42,873 bases of DNA, taken from a virus (lineage: Duplodnaviria; Caudoviricetes). Of this stretch, positions 16,046 through 25,488 are shown piece by piece. The stretch's first letter is position 1; the number at the start of each line of letters is the position of its first letter. The notes under the pieces are model-generated. The model was not told the origin of the DNA and did no database searches. It worked only from the letters and a program-made list of their open reading frames with translations. Both the position numbers and the translations under genes were made by a program. The DNA is taken from positions 1-42,873 of the IMG/VR virus record IMGVR_UViG_3300022309_000011, one strand, 5' to 3'.

Positions 16046-17321
16046 CCGGGAAACATACCCGGACGCAGTTATTCTGCCGGTGCTTCATCCTGGACAGGTT
16101 GAAGCATATATGATGCGCAAACGGTTTAAGGCAATTCGCTGCGGGAGGAGATGGGGCAAGACTGACTTATTGAAAACAATTGCCGGAGATGGGGCAACAA
16201 AAGGGCAATCAATCGGCTGGTTTACGCCGGACTACAAGATTCAATCAGAAGCATATAACGAAATCAGGGAAATTTTGCATCCTGTAATTCGGTCGGCCTC
16301 AAAAATTGATGGGGTCATTAGGCTGATTACTGGGGGCCGCATTGATTTTTGGACATTAAACAACCCAAGGGCCGGGCGATCAAGGAAGTATCATAAAGTC
16401 TTGCTGGATGAGGTCGCATTCGCTGGCCCAGACATGCGTGGTATATGGGAGAAATCCATTAAGCCTTCATTGCTGGATTATGGTGGTAGCGCAATGGCGG
16501 CTTCAACTCCAAACGGGGACGATCCTGACAATTTCTTTTGGCAGTTATGCAATGATCCAACATTAGGATTCTCTGAATACCATGCGCCAACGCATACAAA
16601 TCCCTATTTGCCGGAAGATGAGCTTGCAAAGCTGGTAAACGAAAATGCCCCTCTTGTTTACTCGCAAGAGTATCTTGCAAACTTTGTAGACTGGAAAGGC
16701 GCTGCGTTCTTTGCGCTTGATTCATTGCTTGAAAATGGATTTCCAGTAGACCCAACAATGAACCCAGATGCCGTTTACGCTATAGTCGATACGGCGGTAA
16801 AGGATGGACTTGAGCATGATGGAACGGCAGTAACCTATTTTGCTGTATCAAAATTTCATGGTTTCCGGCTGGTTGTGCTGGATTGGGATATTGTCCAGAT
16901 AAAAGGGGATTTACTTGAAAACTGGATGCCGAGCGTATACCGAAGATGTGAAGAGCTTGCAACGCAGTACAAAGCCCGCCATGGTTCATTGGGGGCATTC
17001 ATTGAGGATAAGCAGACCGGAACTATATTGATTCAGCAGGCAGAGCGCAGGGGGCTACCAGGCAGGGCTATAGATGGCAAACTTACAGCGGCGGGGAAAG
17101 ACGCCCGTGCGATTTCCGTATCAGGATATGTGCATCAAGGATTGATAAGGATAAGCAGACACGCATTTGATAAGGTGATAAACTTCAAAGGCGTAACGAG
17201 AAATCATTTTATTGCACAGGTTTGCGGTTTCAGGATCGGGGTCAAAGATCAGGCTGATGACTTGTTTGATACCTTCACTTATGGCATAAGTATTGGCCTT
17301 GGCGATTCTTCAGGATATTAA
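16038..17321 (+). CDS. terL: Terminase large subunit
   Basis: Walker A CGRRWGKT, Walker B LLDEVAF, STPNG, nuclease VDTA and DDLFD. Confidence 0.95.
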   Translation: MNDRETYPDAVILPVLHPGQVEAYMMRKRFKAIRCGRRWGKTDLLKTIAGDGATKGQSIGWFTPDYKIQSEAYNEIREILHPVIRSASKIDGVIRLITGGRIDFWTLNNPRAGRSRKYHKVLLDEVAFAGPDMRGIWEKSIKPSLLDYGGSAMAASTPNGDDPDNFFWQLCNDPTLGFSEYHAPTHTNPYLPEDELAKLVNENAPLVYSQEYLANFVDWKGAAFFALDSLLENGFPVDPTMNPDAVYAIVDTAVKDGLEHDGTAVTYFAVSKFHGFRLVVLDWDIVQIKGDLLENWMPSVYRRCEELATQYKARHGSLGAFIEDKQTGTILIQQAERRGLPGRAIDGKLTAAGKDARAISVSGYVHQGLIRISRHAFDKVINFKGVTRNHFIAQVCGFRIGVKDQADDLFDTFTYGISIGLGDSSGY

Positions 17322-17333
17322 TAGGAAAAAATC

Positions 17334-18749
17334 ATGGCAAATTTAACAGTAAGCGGGTCGTCTGTCGGGAATTCCCTGTCACATCTTTTAATGTCAGACG
17401 ATATTGAGCCAGGAAGCGAACCGAGTTACCAGCTTTGCAAAACCATTTATACGTTTCACCCAATGGGTGCAAAAATGGTTGAGGCTCCCGTGACTGTTGC
17501 GATGAGCCAGCGGCGAGAGGTTTCCATCCCAAGCAGCCCGGAAGATGTAGTCAAGGAGGCATACTGGACAGAATGGGACAAGCTTAAGTGTGATGAGCAT
17601 ATCGCCAATGCAATGCACCTAAAGCGGATATACGGTATCTCTGCGGTCGTTCTTGGCGCTGAAGATGTATCAACAGACAGGCCAATACCTAATGACCAGA
17701 TTGCAAACCTGAAAATATTTTTCAATATTCTTGATCCGCTTAATACGGCAGGAAGTCTGGTTTTAAATCAAGACCCGAATGCCCCTGATTTTCAAAAAGC
17801 CGGTACGGTGGTTGCAGCGGGGAAGGCGTATCACAAGTCACGTTGTTGCGTTGTGTTGAACGAAAAACCTATTTATATTTCGTATTCAAATTCTGCATTT
17901 GGATTTGTTGGCCGGTCAGTGTTTCAAAGAGCATTGTTTCCGCTGAAGAGTTACGTTCAAAGCATGATTACAAATGATCTGGTAATCACTAAAGCAGGGG
18001 TATTGGTTGCAAAGACCAAACAGCCTGGATCAATCGTTGATAACCTGATGAGTTCAATGCTCGGCCAAAAGCGAGATTTGGTAAAAGACGCTAAACAGGG
18101 CAATGTGATTTCAATTGGTATCGAAGAAAGCGTGGAAACGCTCAATCTAAACAATACAGATACAGCAATAGGAACGGCACGAACAAACATCATCGAGGAT
18201 ATTGCCTCAAGTGCCAATATGCCGCCCAAGCTGTTGATGGCTGATGGATACGCAAACTCGCTGGCGAATGGTACGGAAGATTTTAAGGCAACCATGCAAT
18301 ACATCGATGCCTTACGAAAAGACATGCAGCCACTTTATGACTTTTTTGACAATATCGTACAGCGCAGGGCATGGAGCCATGAGTTTTATTTGACCATTCA
18401 AAAGCAATTTCCTGAATATGAGAAAATCGGATATACCCAGGCGTTTTATACATGGGTTAATGATTTTTCTGCAATTTGGCCCAGCCTGCAAGAAGAACCG
18501 GAATCAGACAAAGCGGATGTTGAAAAGGTAAAACTGGATGCAATTACCTCAATCCTTGAAAAGTTACTTCCTCATCTTGATCCTGAAAATAAAGCGGTAG
18601 TGATAGAGTGGGCCGCAGATAATATCAACGAAAATAAGATTATGTTTGCGAATCCTCTTAATCTGGATATTGAAGCATTGAAGGCGTATACACCGCCAGA
18701 GCCGATACAAGGCGACCAGTCAGAAAATAAATCCGAAGCTGAAAAATAA
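17334..18749 (+). CDS. Portal protein (DUF1073-like)
   Basis: 471 aa after terL; GRSVFQRAL and IASSANMPPKLL resemble Bcep781-like portals. Confidence 0.85.
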   Translation: MANLTVSGSSVGNSLSHLLMSDDIEPGSEPSYQLCKTIYTFHPMGAKMVEAPVTVAMSQRREVSIPSSPEDVVKEAYWTEWDKLKCDEHIANAMHLKRIYGISAVVLGAEDVSTDRPIPNDQIANLKIFFNILDPLNTAGSLVLNQDPNAPDFQKAGTVVAAGKAYHKSRCCVVLNEKPIYISYSNSAFGFVGRSVFQRALFPLKSYVQSMITNDLVITKAGVLVAKTKQPGSIVDNLMSSMLGQKRDLVKDAKQGNVISIGIEESVETLNLNNTDTAIGTARTNIIEDIASSANMPPKLLMADGYANSLANGTEDFKATMQYIDALRKDMQPLYDFFDNIVQRRAWSHEFYLTIQKQFPEYEKIGYTQAFYTWVNDFSAIWPSLQEEPESDKADVEKVKLDAITSILEKLLPHLDPENKAVVIEWAADNINENKIMFANPLNLDIEALKAYTPPEPIQGDQSENKSEAEK

Positions 18750-18772
18750 TTAAAATTATTTGATTAAAAGCT

Positions 18773-18800
18773 TTGCAAGCTAAAACTATTTTAGTATAAT
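18773..18800 (+). promoter_or_regulatory. Moron promoter with operator palindrome
   Basis: TTGCAA-16 bp-TATAAT; spacer contains CTAAAA-CTA-TTTTAG. Confidence 0.75.
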
Positions 18801-18847
18801 GTTTACACGGTGCAGGAAACGCCGGATAAACAAAAGGAGTGGCGAAC

Positions 18848-19144
18848 ATGAAAACTGAAATTACCTACAACGTATGCCGTGGAAACCTCGGGGACGACAC
18901 CACGGACGCGCAATATGGTGCGTTCAAAAAAGCGGTTGAATCAACAATTGAGCGCGCATTTGAGGGAGATGAGTACGGCGAGGTTGTGGTTTACGTGGGG
19001 GACTCTGATTTTTGTAACGCATCCACTTGCAACATCAGTATTTATGATGAGGAAAATGAATGCGACCAATTTAAAATAATCACTCGCGAGGATGTTGAGG
19101 AGGCTGCTAGTAATGTTGATGAATCATGGTGGGATGCAGCATGA
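18848..19144 (+). CDS. Small highly acidic protein (candidate anti-defence protein)
   Basis: 98 aa, about 24 D/E versus 7 K/R; AGGAG RBS. Confidence 0.75.
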   Translation: MKTEITYNVCRGNLGDDTTDAQYGAFKKAVESTIERAFEGDEYGEVVVYVGDSDFCNASTCNISIYDEENECDQFKIITREDVEEAASNVDESWWDAA

Positions 19145-19320
19145 CCCCAAGCGAACAATGCAAAGCGGCAGGGCTGAAAAGCCTTGCAGAATTGTCAAAA
19201 ATAAGTTGCGTGAGCATACAAACCCTTATTAATTGGCATAAAAACAAGCCTATTTTGTTCGAAATGGTTACTTTTGGGGCTTATCATATAAAGTCAAAAA
19301 ATGAAAAAAATAAAAATTAA
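19141..19320 (+). CDS. Small HTH regulator (Aca-like)
   Basis: SLAELSKISCVSIQTLINW HTH; ATGA-coupled to the acidic gene. Confidence 0.75.
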   Translation: MTPSEQCKAAGLKSLAELSKISCVSIQTLINWHKNKPILFEMVTFGAYHIKSKNEKNKN

Positions 19321-19335
19321 ATTTAAAAAACTACC

Positions 19336-20124
19336 ATGAAAACATTCAATGACGTTTTGCGCCAGGCCATTGCGGATTTTGAGACGCATGGTTTTGACAG
19401 CGAGGAACGATTGCAGAAATGGCAATCAGAATTAAGCAGGGCCGCGTCTGGTCATACTGCAATAACGTCAGAAAATCTGAAACGCACTCTCACATCAATC
19501 TACACAACACAAGTCACCAATGGCGGGTTGTTGCGCGTTCATAATATCCCGGCATGGAAGTTTAATCAGATTGGAACGAAGCTTCAGAATGAGTTACAGC
19601 GCCGAATAATGGCCTCGGCACAGCTTATCAAGTTAAACCGGGAAGAAATGATTTCGCGCACGGTCAGGAGGTTTTCAGGTTGGGCGACTTCGGTTCCTGT
19701 CGGCGGCAGTGAAGCAATCGAAAAGCGGGAAGCTTCAAACAACATCAAGAAAGCATTAAAAGCGTTGCCCTATGATGAGCGTAGGGTAATGATTGACCAG
19801 GCGGCGAAGTTTAAAGCCAGTTTATCGAATATCGTTGCAACTGAAACAGGCGCAATCGCCGCTGTATGGAAGTCGCATTTTCGTGCGCCAGGATATAATT
19901 TCAGGCCAGATCACAAAGAACGTGACGGGCATATATTCGTATTGCGCGACAATTGGGCATTAGCACAAGGGCTGATTAAATTGGATGGACGGCAATATAC
20001 AGACGAAATCACCATGCCTGCGGAAGAAGTCTTTTGTCAATGCAGGTACAAATATTTATACAATCTTCGGGATTTGCCTGATTCAATGTTAACTGAAAAA
20101 GGTCGATCATTTGTGAAACGATAA
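19336..20124 (+). CDS. Head morphogenesis protein (Mu gpF/SPP1 gp7-like)
   Basis: RPDHKERDG...PAEEVFCQC motifs; position after the portal. Confidence 0.85.
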   Translation: MKTFNDVLRQAIADFETHGFDSEERLQKWQSELSRAASGHTAITSENLKRTLTSIYTTQVTNGGLLRVHNIPAWKFNQIGTKLQNELQRRIMASAQLIKLNREEMISRTVRRFSGWATSVPVGGSEAIEKREASNNIKKALKALPYDERRVMIDQAAKFKASLSNIVATETGAIAAVWKSHFRAPGYNFRPDHKERDGHIFVLRDNWALAQGLIKLDGRQYTDEITMPAEEVFCQCRYKYLYNLRDLPDSMLTEKGRSFVKR

Positions 20125-20136
20125 AAGGGGAATTGC

Positions 20137-20316
20137 ATGCCTTGGACTGAAAAACAAAATAAACTCTTTCGCGCAGCCGCGCATGATCCAGCGATTGCAA
20201 AAAAACACGACATACCGCAATCAACCGCGCAAAGGCTTGCGAGTGAAGGCGTAAAGAAAGATTCATCGAAAGATGTTGCGCGTCATGTGATTAGTCATAT
20301 AATGATGTATAAATAA
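20137..20316 (+). CDS. Small head-region protein (59 aa)
   Basis: Read manually: MPWTEKQNKLFRAAAHDPAIAKKHDIPQSTAQRL...; AAGGGG RBS. Confidence 0.75.
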   Translation: MPWTEKQNKLFRAAAHDPAIAKKHDIPQSTAQRLASEGVKKDSSKDVARHVISHIMMYK

Positions 20317-20322
20317 CAATTT

Positions 20323-20346
20323 CGCTCATGCTGGGAAGCAGAAGCA
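20323..20346 (+). promoter_or_regulatory. Late-leader GNGA hairpin motif, copy 1
   Basis: CGCTCATGCT-GGGA-AGCAGAAGCA; also at 26921 and 36623. Confidence 0.55.
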
Positions 20347-20348
20347 CC

Positions 20349-22100
20349 ATGAAAAAAGCAAAGCAATGGGATCGTAAAATAGTCAGGGCTGATACAGTTT
20401 CGCAAGGCAAGGCGCTTTGTGCCGCTGGAGTTATGTTCATGACTGGCGGTAAAATCCTATTGTTGAAACGTGCGCAGGGCGATCATTCGGGAACGTGGGC
20501 TTTCCCTGGCGGAAAGATTGAAGAGGGCGAAACGCCTGAGCAGGCAGCTATCAGGGAATGTCAGGAAGAAATCGCACATACCCCCTCGGATTTAAAGTTA
20601 CTTTCACAGTCGATCAAAGACAACGTTGATTTTACAACCTTCACAAGTATTTCACAGGATCAATTCAAGCCAGTATTAAATGAAGAGCATGATGCATTCT
20701 CATGGGTTGGGATTGATGAGGCCGAAAGGTTAAATCTGCATCCTGGCGTAAGTGATATGCTGGGGTTCAAGCGCGAAAGCCGAAAAGACGCGAACGAAAC
20801 CGAGCTTGATGTGGCCTATAAGATACAGAGCAAAGAGCTTGATTCGCCCCAGAAATACGGAAATATCACGCTGTTTGACCTCAGAATTTCCGGTACAGGC
20901 GTTTCGTATCGAAAAAAACATGATGAATATGTTTTCCGAGATCCGTCAATCTATTTGAATGATGAATTTTTGACCAGATGCCAAGGGTTGCCGGTTATTT
21001 TTGAACATCCGATTGAAGATGCCTTGAATTCCAAAGAGTTTTCAGATAGGATTGTCGGAACTATTCTGCTACCATACATAAAAGGGTCGGAAGTTTGGGG
21101 CGTAGCCAAGATTTATGACGATGCCGCCGCAAAGATAATGGCGGAAAATCAATTAAGCACTTCGCCAGCGGTTGTTTTTCGTGATCATGAGGAAAACGAA
21201 AAAATAGATTTAGGGGATGGAAATCATCTTCTGATCGAGGGGAAACCTTCATTGCTGGATCACCTTGCGATCGTCGATGCAGGTGTTTGGGACAAAGGCG
21301 GGGAACCGTCAGGAGTAAAGAGCAGTATCGTACACGCTGAGATAGCGGAAACAAGCAGGGCCGATTCTGGCGATTTGCCCTGTTCCATTAAAGGAGAATC
21401 AAACATGCCTGAATTGAACCCTGAAAAAGAAGTGCGCAAAGACGAAGCTGGAACGGATGGCGGGATGGGTGAAGTTCTGGCCCTGTTGAAATCACTTGAT
21501 GCTCGAATGAGTGCGCTTGAAGTTGCCGAAACTGCCGAAGCAAGCGCAGATGCGGCCCCTGCCTCAATGCCGACCCCGGCGCTTGATCCTGTTGCGGCCC
21601 CTGCTGTTGCAGATAACGCAGTACCGTCCCCGGAAATTTCCGAAATCTCAAAACGCATGGATGCGCTTGAGGCAAAAACCACACCTCAGCCCGAAGAAGA
21701 GCAGGCAAAAATGGCCGATGCACAATGCAAGGCTGATTCTGTCTATGCTGCATTCGGTGATTCCGCACCTCGCCCAATGCAAGGAGAATCCCTGCTTGGC
21801 TATCGCAAGCGACTATTGAGCAAAATGCAACCGCATAGCATTTCTTTCAAAGAAGTGAAGCTTTCCGCGATTGCTGATGATTCCGTGCTTGATGTTGTGG
21901 AAAAAGGTATTTACGCAGATGCGTTACAGGCCGCCAATTCCCCCGCGCAAGTTCCTGTCGGTATGCTGGTTGAAACTGTCCGCACTGATATGGCTGGCCG
22001 CAGAATTACGGAATTCAAAGGCAGCCCAAGCGCATGGACCAATGCTTTCAAGGCTCCCAAGCGCCGCCTTACCGGAATCAACAAGGGCAATATTCATTAA
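20349..22100 (+). CDS. Nudix hydrolase domain fused to DUF2213-like prohead protease/scaffold
   Basis: Nudix box WAFPGGKIEEGETPEQAAIRECQEE; then GLPVIFEHP, STSPAV, LLDHLAI..GVWD; acidic scaffold tail. Start may be 20328. Confidence 0.85.
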   Translation: MKKAKQWDRKIVRADTVSQGKALCAAGVMFMTGGKILLLKRAQGDHSGTWAFPGGKIEEGETPEQAAIRECQEEIAHTPSDLKLLSQSIKDNVDFTTFTSISQDQFKPVLNEEHDAFSWVGIDEAERLNLHPGVSDMLGFKRESRKDANETELDVAYKIQSKELDSPQKYGNITLFDLRISGTGVSYRKKHDEYVFRDPSIYLNDEFLTRCQGLPVIFEHPIEDALNSKEFSDRIVGTILLPYIKGSEVWGVAKIYDDAAAKIMAENQLSTSPAVVFRDHEENEKIDLGDGNHLLIEGKPSLLDHLAIVDAGVWDKGGEPSGVKSSIVHAEIAETSRADSGDLPCSIKGESNMPELNPEKEVRKDEAGTDGGMGEVLALLKSLDARMSALEVAETAEASADAAPASMPTPALDPVAAPAVADNAVPSPEISEISKRMDALEAKTTPQPEEEQAKMADAQCKADSVYAAFGDSAPRPMQGESLLGYRKRLLSKMQPHSISFKEVKLSAIADDSVLDVVEKGIYADALQAANSPAQVPVGMLVETVRTDMAGRRITEFKGSPSAWTNAFKAPKRRLTGINKGNIH

Positions 22101-22140
22101 TCCGGCCAATCGACCACATTAAGATATAGGAGCAAAAGAC

Positions 22141-23034
22141 ATGGCAAATTCAGTTTCTTTACAACCAATGTTGACCTCGAATGGCGCGGGAAGTTTTTCT
22201 GTCCAGTCCGAAGGTTATGTTCAGGGCGTGGCCCTTGATGATCCGGCAATTCGCAATGCGCTGGCAATGGGGCCGCTTCTTTCAAGCGAAACCCTGCCTA
22301 TGTGGGGCGGCATTGCAATCGGTGAATATCTTGCAAATGGTAGCGGTAACGCACTCGGCAACGGCGTTGCCCGCGCAACTGTAGTCGCTGGCATTACCGG
22401 ATTCTCGGTATTCAATCAGGCGGCAGCATGGATCACCACACCTCAAAGCCAAGTGCCGACAGCGGGCGCAAATCAAAGCATTCCTTTTTATCGCCTCGGT
22501 TCTGGCGCACGAATTGCGGTTGCTTGCGAACCTGGTCTGGTAGCTGCAAACGGTGGCTTGATTAATCAGCAAGTTTCATGGGATTTCAACAACCAGCGTC
22601 TTCAAGCTTACAACGCTTCAACAGCAACAGTCAGCGTGACTTCAGTAACAGCAAGTTACAGCGCAACGACTGGTCTGTGGACTTTCGCAGTAGTGGCCGC
22701 AGCACCTTCGGACGTTCTGGCGGTAGGCGATGCGATCAATCTGTCTGGTATCAGCAGCACTGGCGGAACCGCAGCACTTGCAACACTGAACACGAATCAA
22801 ATTGTGACTTCATTCACAAGCAATACAGTGTTCAGTTTCCAGATTGCAGCCGCAGCCGGTGCTTATGGTGCTGGCTCTCTTGCTGGCACAATCGTACTCA
22901 ATCAGGGTATCGGTGCGCTGAATGTGAAAGTTCTTTCCGTTGATTTGGGTAACAGCAAGATCGTTACTTATGATCCTATCAACAATCTGGCAAACTGGAA
23001 CAATGCCGGATCAACAGCAATCATTTTGATCTAA
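22141..23034 (+). CDS. Head decoration / minor capsid protein
   Basis: Between scaffold and capsid; PMWGGIAI, FYRLGSGARI; internal beta-rich insertion. Confidence 0.75.
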   Translation: MANSVSLQPMLTSNGAGSFSVQSEGYVQGVALDDPAIRNALAMGPLLSSETLPMWGGIAIGEYLANGSGNALGNGVARATVVAGITGFSVFNQAAAWITTPQSQVPTAGANQSIPFYRLGSGARIAVACEPGLVAANGGLINQQVSWDFNNQRLQAYNASTATVSVTSVTASYSATTGLWTFAVVAAAPSDVLAVGDAINLSGISSTGGTAALATLNTNQIVTSFTSNTVFSFQIAAAAGAYGAGSLAGTIVLNQGIGALNVKVLSVDLGNSKIVTYDPINNLANWNNAGSTAIILI

Positions 23035-23046
23035 GGAGCAAGAGAC

Positions 23047-24066
23047 ATGGGAAATATTACAACAAGTTTCGTACAGGTTAACCCCTCGTACATCATGCCG
23101 GAAATCTTGCTTCAATATCAGCAAGTTTCGGGCGCATTCGATACCTTGGCGGGTAGCGATCCGATGGCGCGACTGTCTGATGGCGACCTGTATGTGTATA
23201 TCAAAAAGTTTGATATTCGCACAAAAGCGGTTGCAGGTCAGGCGGCTTCAAACCAATTGCCGAGCGTATCGATTGTGGCAAGCATGATGAGCACTCCGAC
23301 CTATCTACTGCGCACCCGTGCCGAATACGATCACCACGACACCGCAGCGATGGGCAAATGGGGTGCATCTATCGTTGAGGCGCAGCGTTTGGGTATGCGT
23401 CAAGGCATCTTCCAGCAAATGCGCCAGGCATTGCTGTATGGTTTTAATCCGACAAACGGCGAAGGCTTGCTGAATACCAATGGCGCAACAGCAATCACCC
23501 TGCCAGCGGATTCAAACGGCCATACCACCGTACAGACTTACGACAACGGCCAAATGGCGCTGTTCTTGCTGGCGCAGATTTCAGCCCTCAAGACCCGCAC
23601 CATGCAATTGGGTATGCCTGCTCGTATTGTTATTCTCGGCCCTCAAAGAGTATTGGGTAGCTGGGAATATCAAGGCATCGTTCAAACCACTTCGTATCAA
23701 CGCGAGGGCGCAGGTACGGCAGCGATTGCGGCGGTTGTTGAGTTGCAGGCTGGCATGAGTGGCGATACTGTCGAATTTGTGTTTGACGACACATTGATCG
23801 GCAAGGGTGCAGGCGGACGTGATGCAATTCTGATTACGATTCCCGAAGTCAAAAAGCCCGAAGGTAGCCGCATTAATACCAACGAATTCGCAAAAATGGC
23901 CCCCGGCCTCGATGCGGTTAATATGATGTTGTGCGACATGGCAGCTCCTCGTGAAATTCCAACGCCATTGCCTGGTGGTGCGATTGACGTGGTAAGTGAA
24001 TTGCGCTGCACTTCGGGATGGTCGGTACGCCCTGAAGCATTAACTATCGCATCCATGACTTATTAA
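23047..24066 (+). CDS. Major capsid protein
   Basis: 339 aa; LLYG....GEGLLN motif; strong RBS and downstream terminator. Confidence 0.88.
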   Translation: MGNITTSFVQVNPSYIMPEILLQYQQVSGAFDTLAGSDPMARLSDGDLYVYIKKFDIRTKAVAGQAASNQLPSVSIVASMMSTPTYLLRTRAEYDHHDTAAMGKWGASIVEAQRLGMRQGIFQQMRQALLYGFNPTNGEGLLNTNGATAITLPADSNGHTTVQTYDNGQMALFLLAQISALKTRTMQLGMPARIVILGPQRVLGSWEYQGIVQTTSYQREGAGTAAIAAVVELQAGMSGDTVEFVFDDTLIGKGAGGRDAILITIPEVKKPEGSRINTNEFAKMAPGLDAVNMMLCDMAAPREIPTPLPGGAIDVVSELRCTSGWSVRPEALTIASMTY

Positions 24067-24083
24067 TGGAATAGTGGTAACAT

Positions 24084-24116
24084 AAAATCCCGCTGACACA
24101 AATTGGCGGGATTTTT
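24084..24116 (+). terminator. Rho-independent terminator after the capsid gene
   Basis: AAAATCCCGCTGA-CACAAA-TTGGCGGGATTTTT. Confidence 0.8.
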
Positions 24117-24136
24117 CCACTTTTAAGGGGTAAAAC

Positions 24137-24637
24137 ATGAAATTATTTATTGCAAACACAACAAAACATATCCAGCAATTTGGATACAGAATTCCAGAAT
24201 TTGCCCGCCTGTTTGAGCAGCGTATCGGTATAGGTGAGCAGATTGTAATTTATCAGGATGCATCAAAAGAAATTCTCGAGGGTATTCTTGCGCAGCATAC
24301 AGATTCGCCAAAGCCATTTTGCATTTCGGCAGACGAAGCTTTGAGGCATAAAGGTTTCGTTGGCCTGATTTACAGCTTTGACAAGCCGGTATCTGCAACC
24401 GCTATCGAGGGTACTTTTGAAACGAACGATTCGGCACTGATTGAGCAAAGCGCAGAGCAACGCAAAGAAGCCGCCGCCGCACATAGCCAGCAGATTGAAC
24501 AAAATGCCGAAGAGATCGGCTCAGGAATCAAGGCTGTTGAAATGTCAATCGTTGAAGAAAGCGCAAAAGGCTCTCAGGAATCAGATGCACAAATCAATGA
24601 GACAATTCAAGTTGCAGTAAAAGGCAAGAAAAAATAA
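24137..24637 (+). CDS. Hypothetical virion-region protein
   Basis: 166 aa, MKLFIANTTK; position after the capsid gene. Confidence 0.75.
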   Translation: MKLFIANTTKHIQQFGYRIPEFARLFEQRIGIGEQIVIYQDASKEILEGILAQHTDSPKPFCISADEALRHKGFVGLIYSFDKPVSATAIEGTFETNDSALIEQSAEQRKEAAAAHSQQIEQNAEEIGSGIKAVEMSIVEESAKGSQESDAQINETIQVAVKGKKK

Positions 24638-24646
24638 GGGCTTATC

Positions 24647-25084
24647 ATGGCAAATCGTGCGGGCTTCTTGGCGTTTATTCGTAACTCAATGGGCATAACA
24701 GTCGCGCAATTGCCCGACTTATCTACGGATATTGACGCGGCCTTTAATCTGTCTGTTGCTCTCGTATATGCGCCAATCGAGCAGGCTTCGCCATTGATTT
24801 ATGATTCTGCTGTTTATAATCTTGGCGGCGCGAACTTGATTGAATTTGCATCCGATCAAACAGGGCAAACATTTTTTGCGGATCAACGCAAGAATTTTAA
24901 TATCAATGGATTTGTTCCAGGCGTTATTCAGTCCGCTTCGGACGAAAGTACAAGTTCATCGATGTTGATACCTGACTTTATGAAAAACCTCACGATGGCT
25001 GATTTGCAGTATATAAAAACGCCTTGGGGCCGGACATATTTGAGTTATGCCCAACGTATTGGCCCGGTATGGGGGATGTCGTGA
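24647..25084 (+). CDS. Head-tail adaptor (DUF4054-like)
   Basis: G.IQSASDESTSSS...KTPWGRTY...GPVWG. Confidence 0.75.
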   Translation: MANRAGFLAFIRNSMGITVAQLPDLSTDIDAAFNLSVALVYAPIEQASPLIYDSAVYNLGGANLIEFASDQTGQTFFADQRKNFNINGFVPGVIQSASDESTSSSMLIPDFMKNLTMADLQYIKTPWGRTYLSYAQRIGPVWGMS

Positions 25085-25488
25085 TTCTGCATCTTGGGGT
25101 TGTTGAAATACCTTATGCAGATAGCGATCAGGAAACCGGGGACGTTGCGGAAATACTGGAAAGCAAGTTTCATGTGATGCAGATATTTGCAGATCAGAAC
25201 TCTGACAAGATTGCTGAATTTATTGAGGATGGAGTTGCCGGAGCATTGGAAAATATACTTGCTGGCGCACCGTCAAGCCTTGATGTATTTGGCTCTTCCA
25301 TGTCAAACATTGAGGATAGATTTAACGAATTCATTGATAATGAAGAGCATGGAATTCAGACAAAAGCAAAGTCAGCACCAAAGGCCGGGGCAAGGAAAAA
25401 ACGGCAATATCGGCAAGTAACGCATAAAACGACTTTCGTTGATTCTGGCTTGTATCGAAATAACTTCAGGGCATGGGTGGCTGAATAA
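25081..25488 (+). CDS. Virion morphogenesis/neck protein
   Basis: TGDVAEILE, FVDSGLY motifs; GTGA coupling. Confidence 0.7.
   Translation: MILHLGVVEIPYADSDQETGDVAEILESKFHVMQIFADQNSDKIAEFIEDGVAGALENILAGAPSSLDVFGSSMSNIEDRFNEFIDNEEHGIQTKAKSAPKAGARKKRQYRQVTHKTTFVDSGLYRNNFRAWVAE

Noticed and set aside
17334-18749. Anti-CBASS (Acb1) label sometimes attached to DUF1073 proteins
   Set aside because: Size and position indicate a portal, and I see no separate HxT phosphoesterase domain
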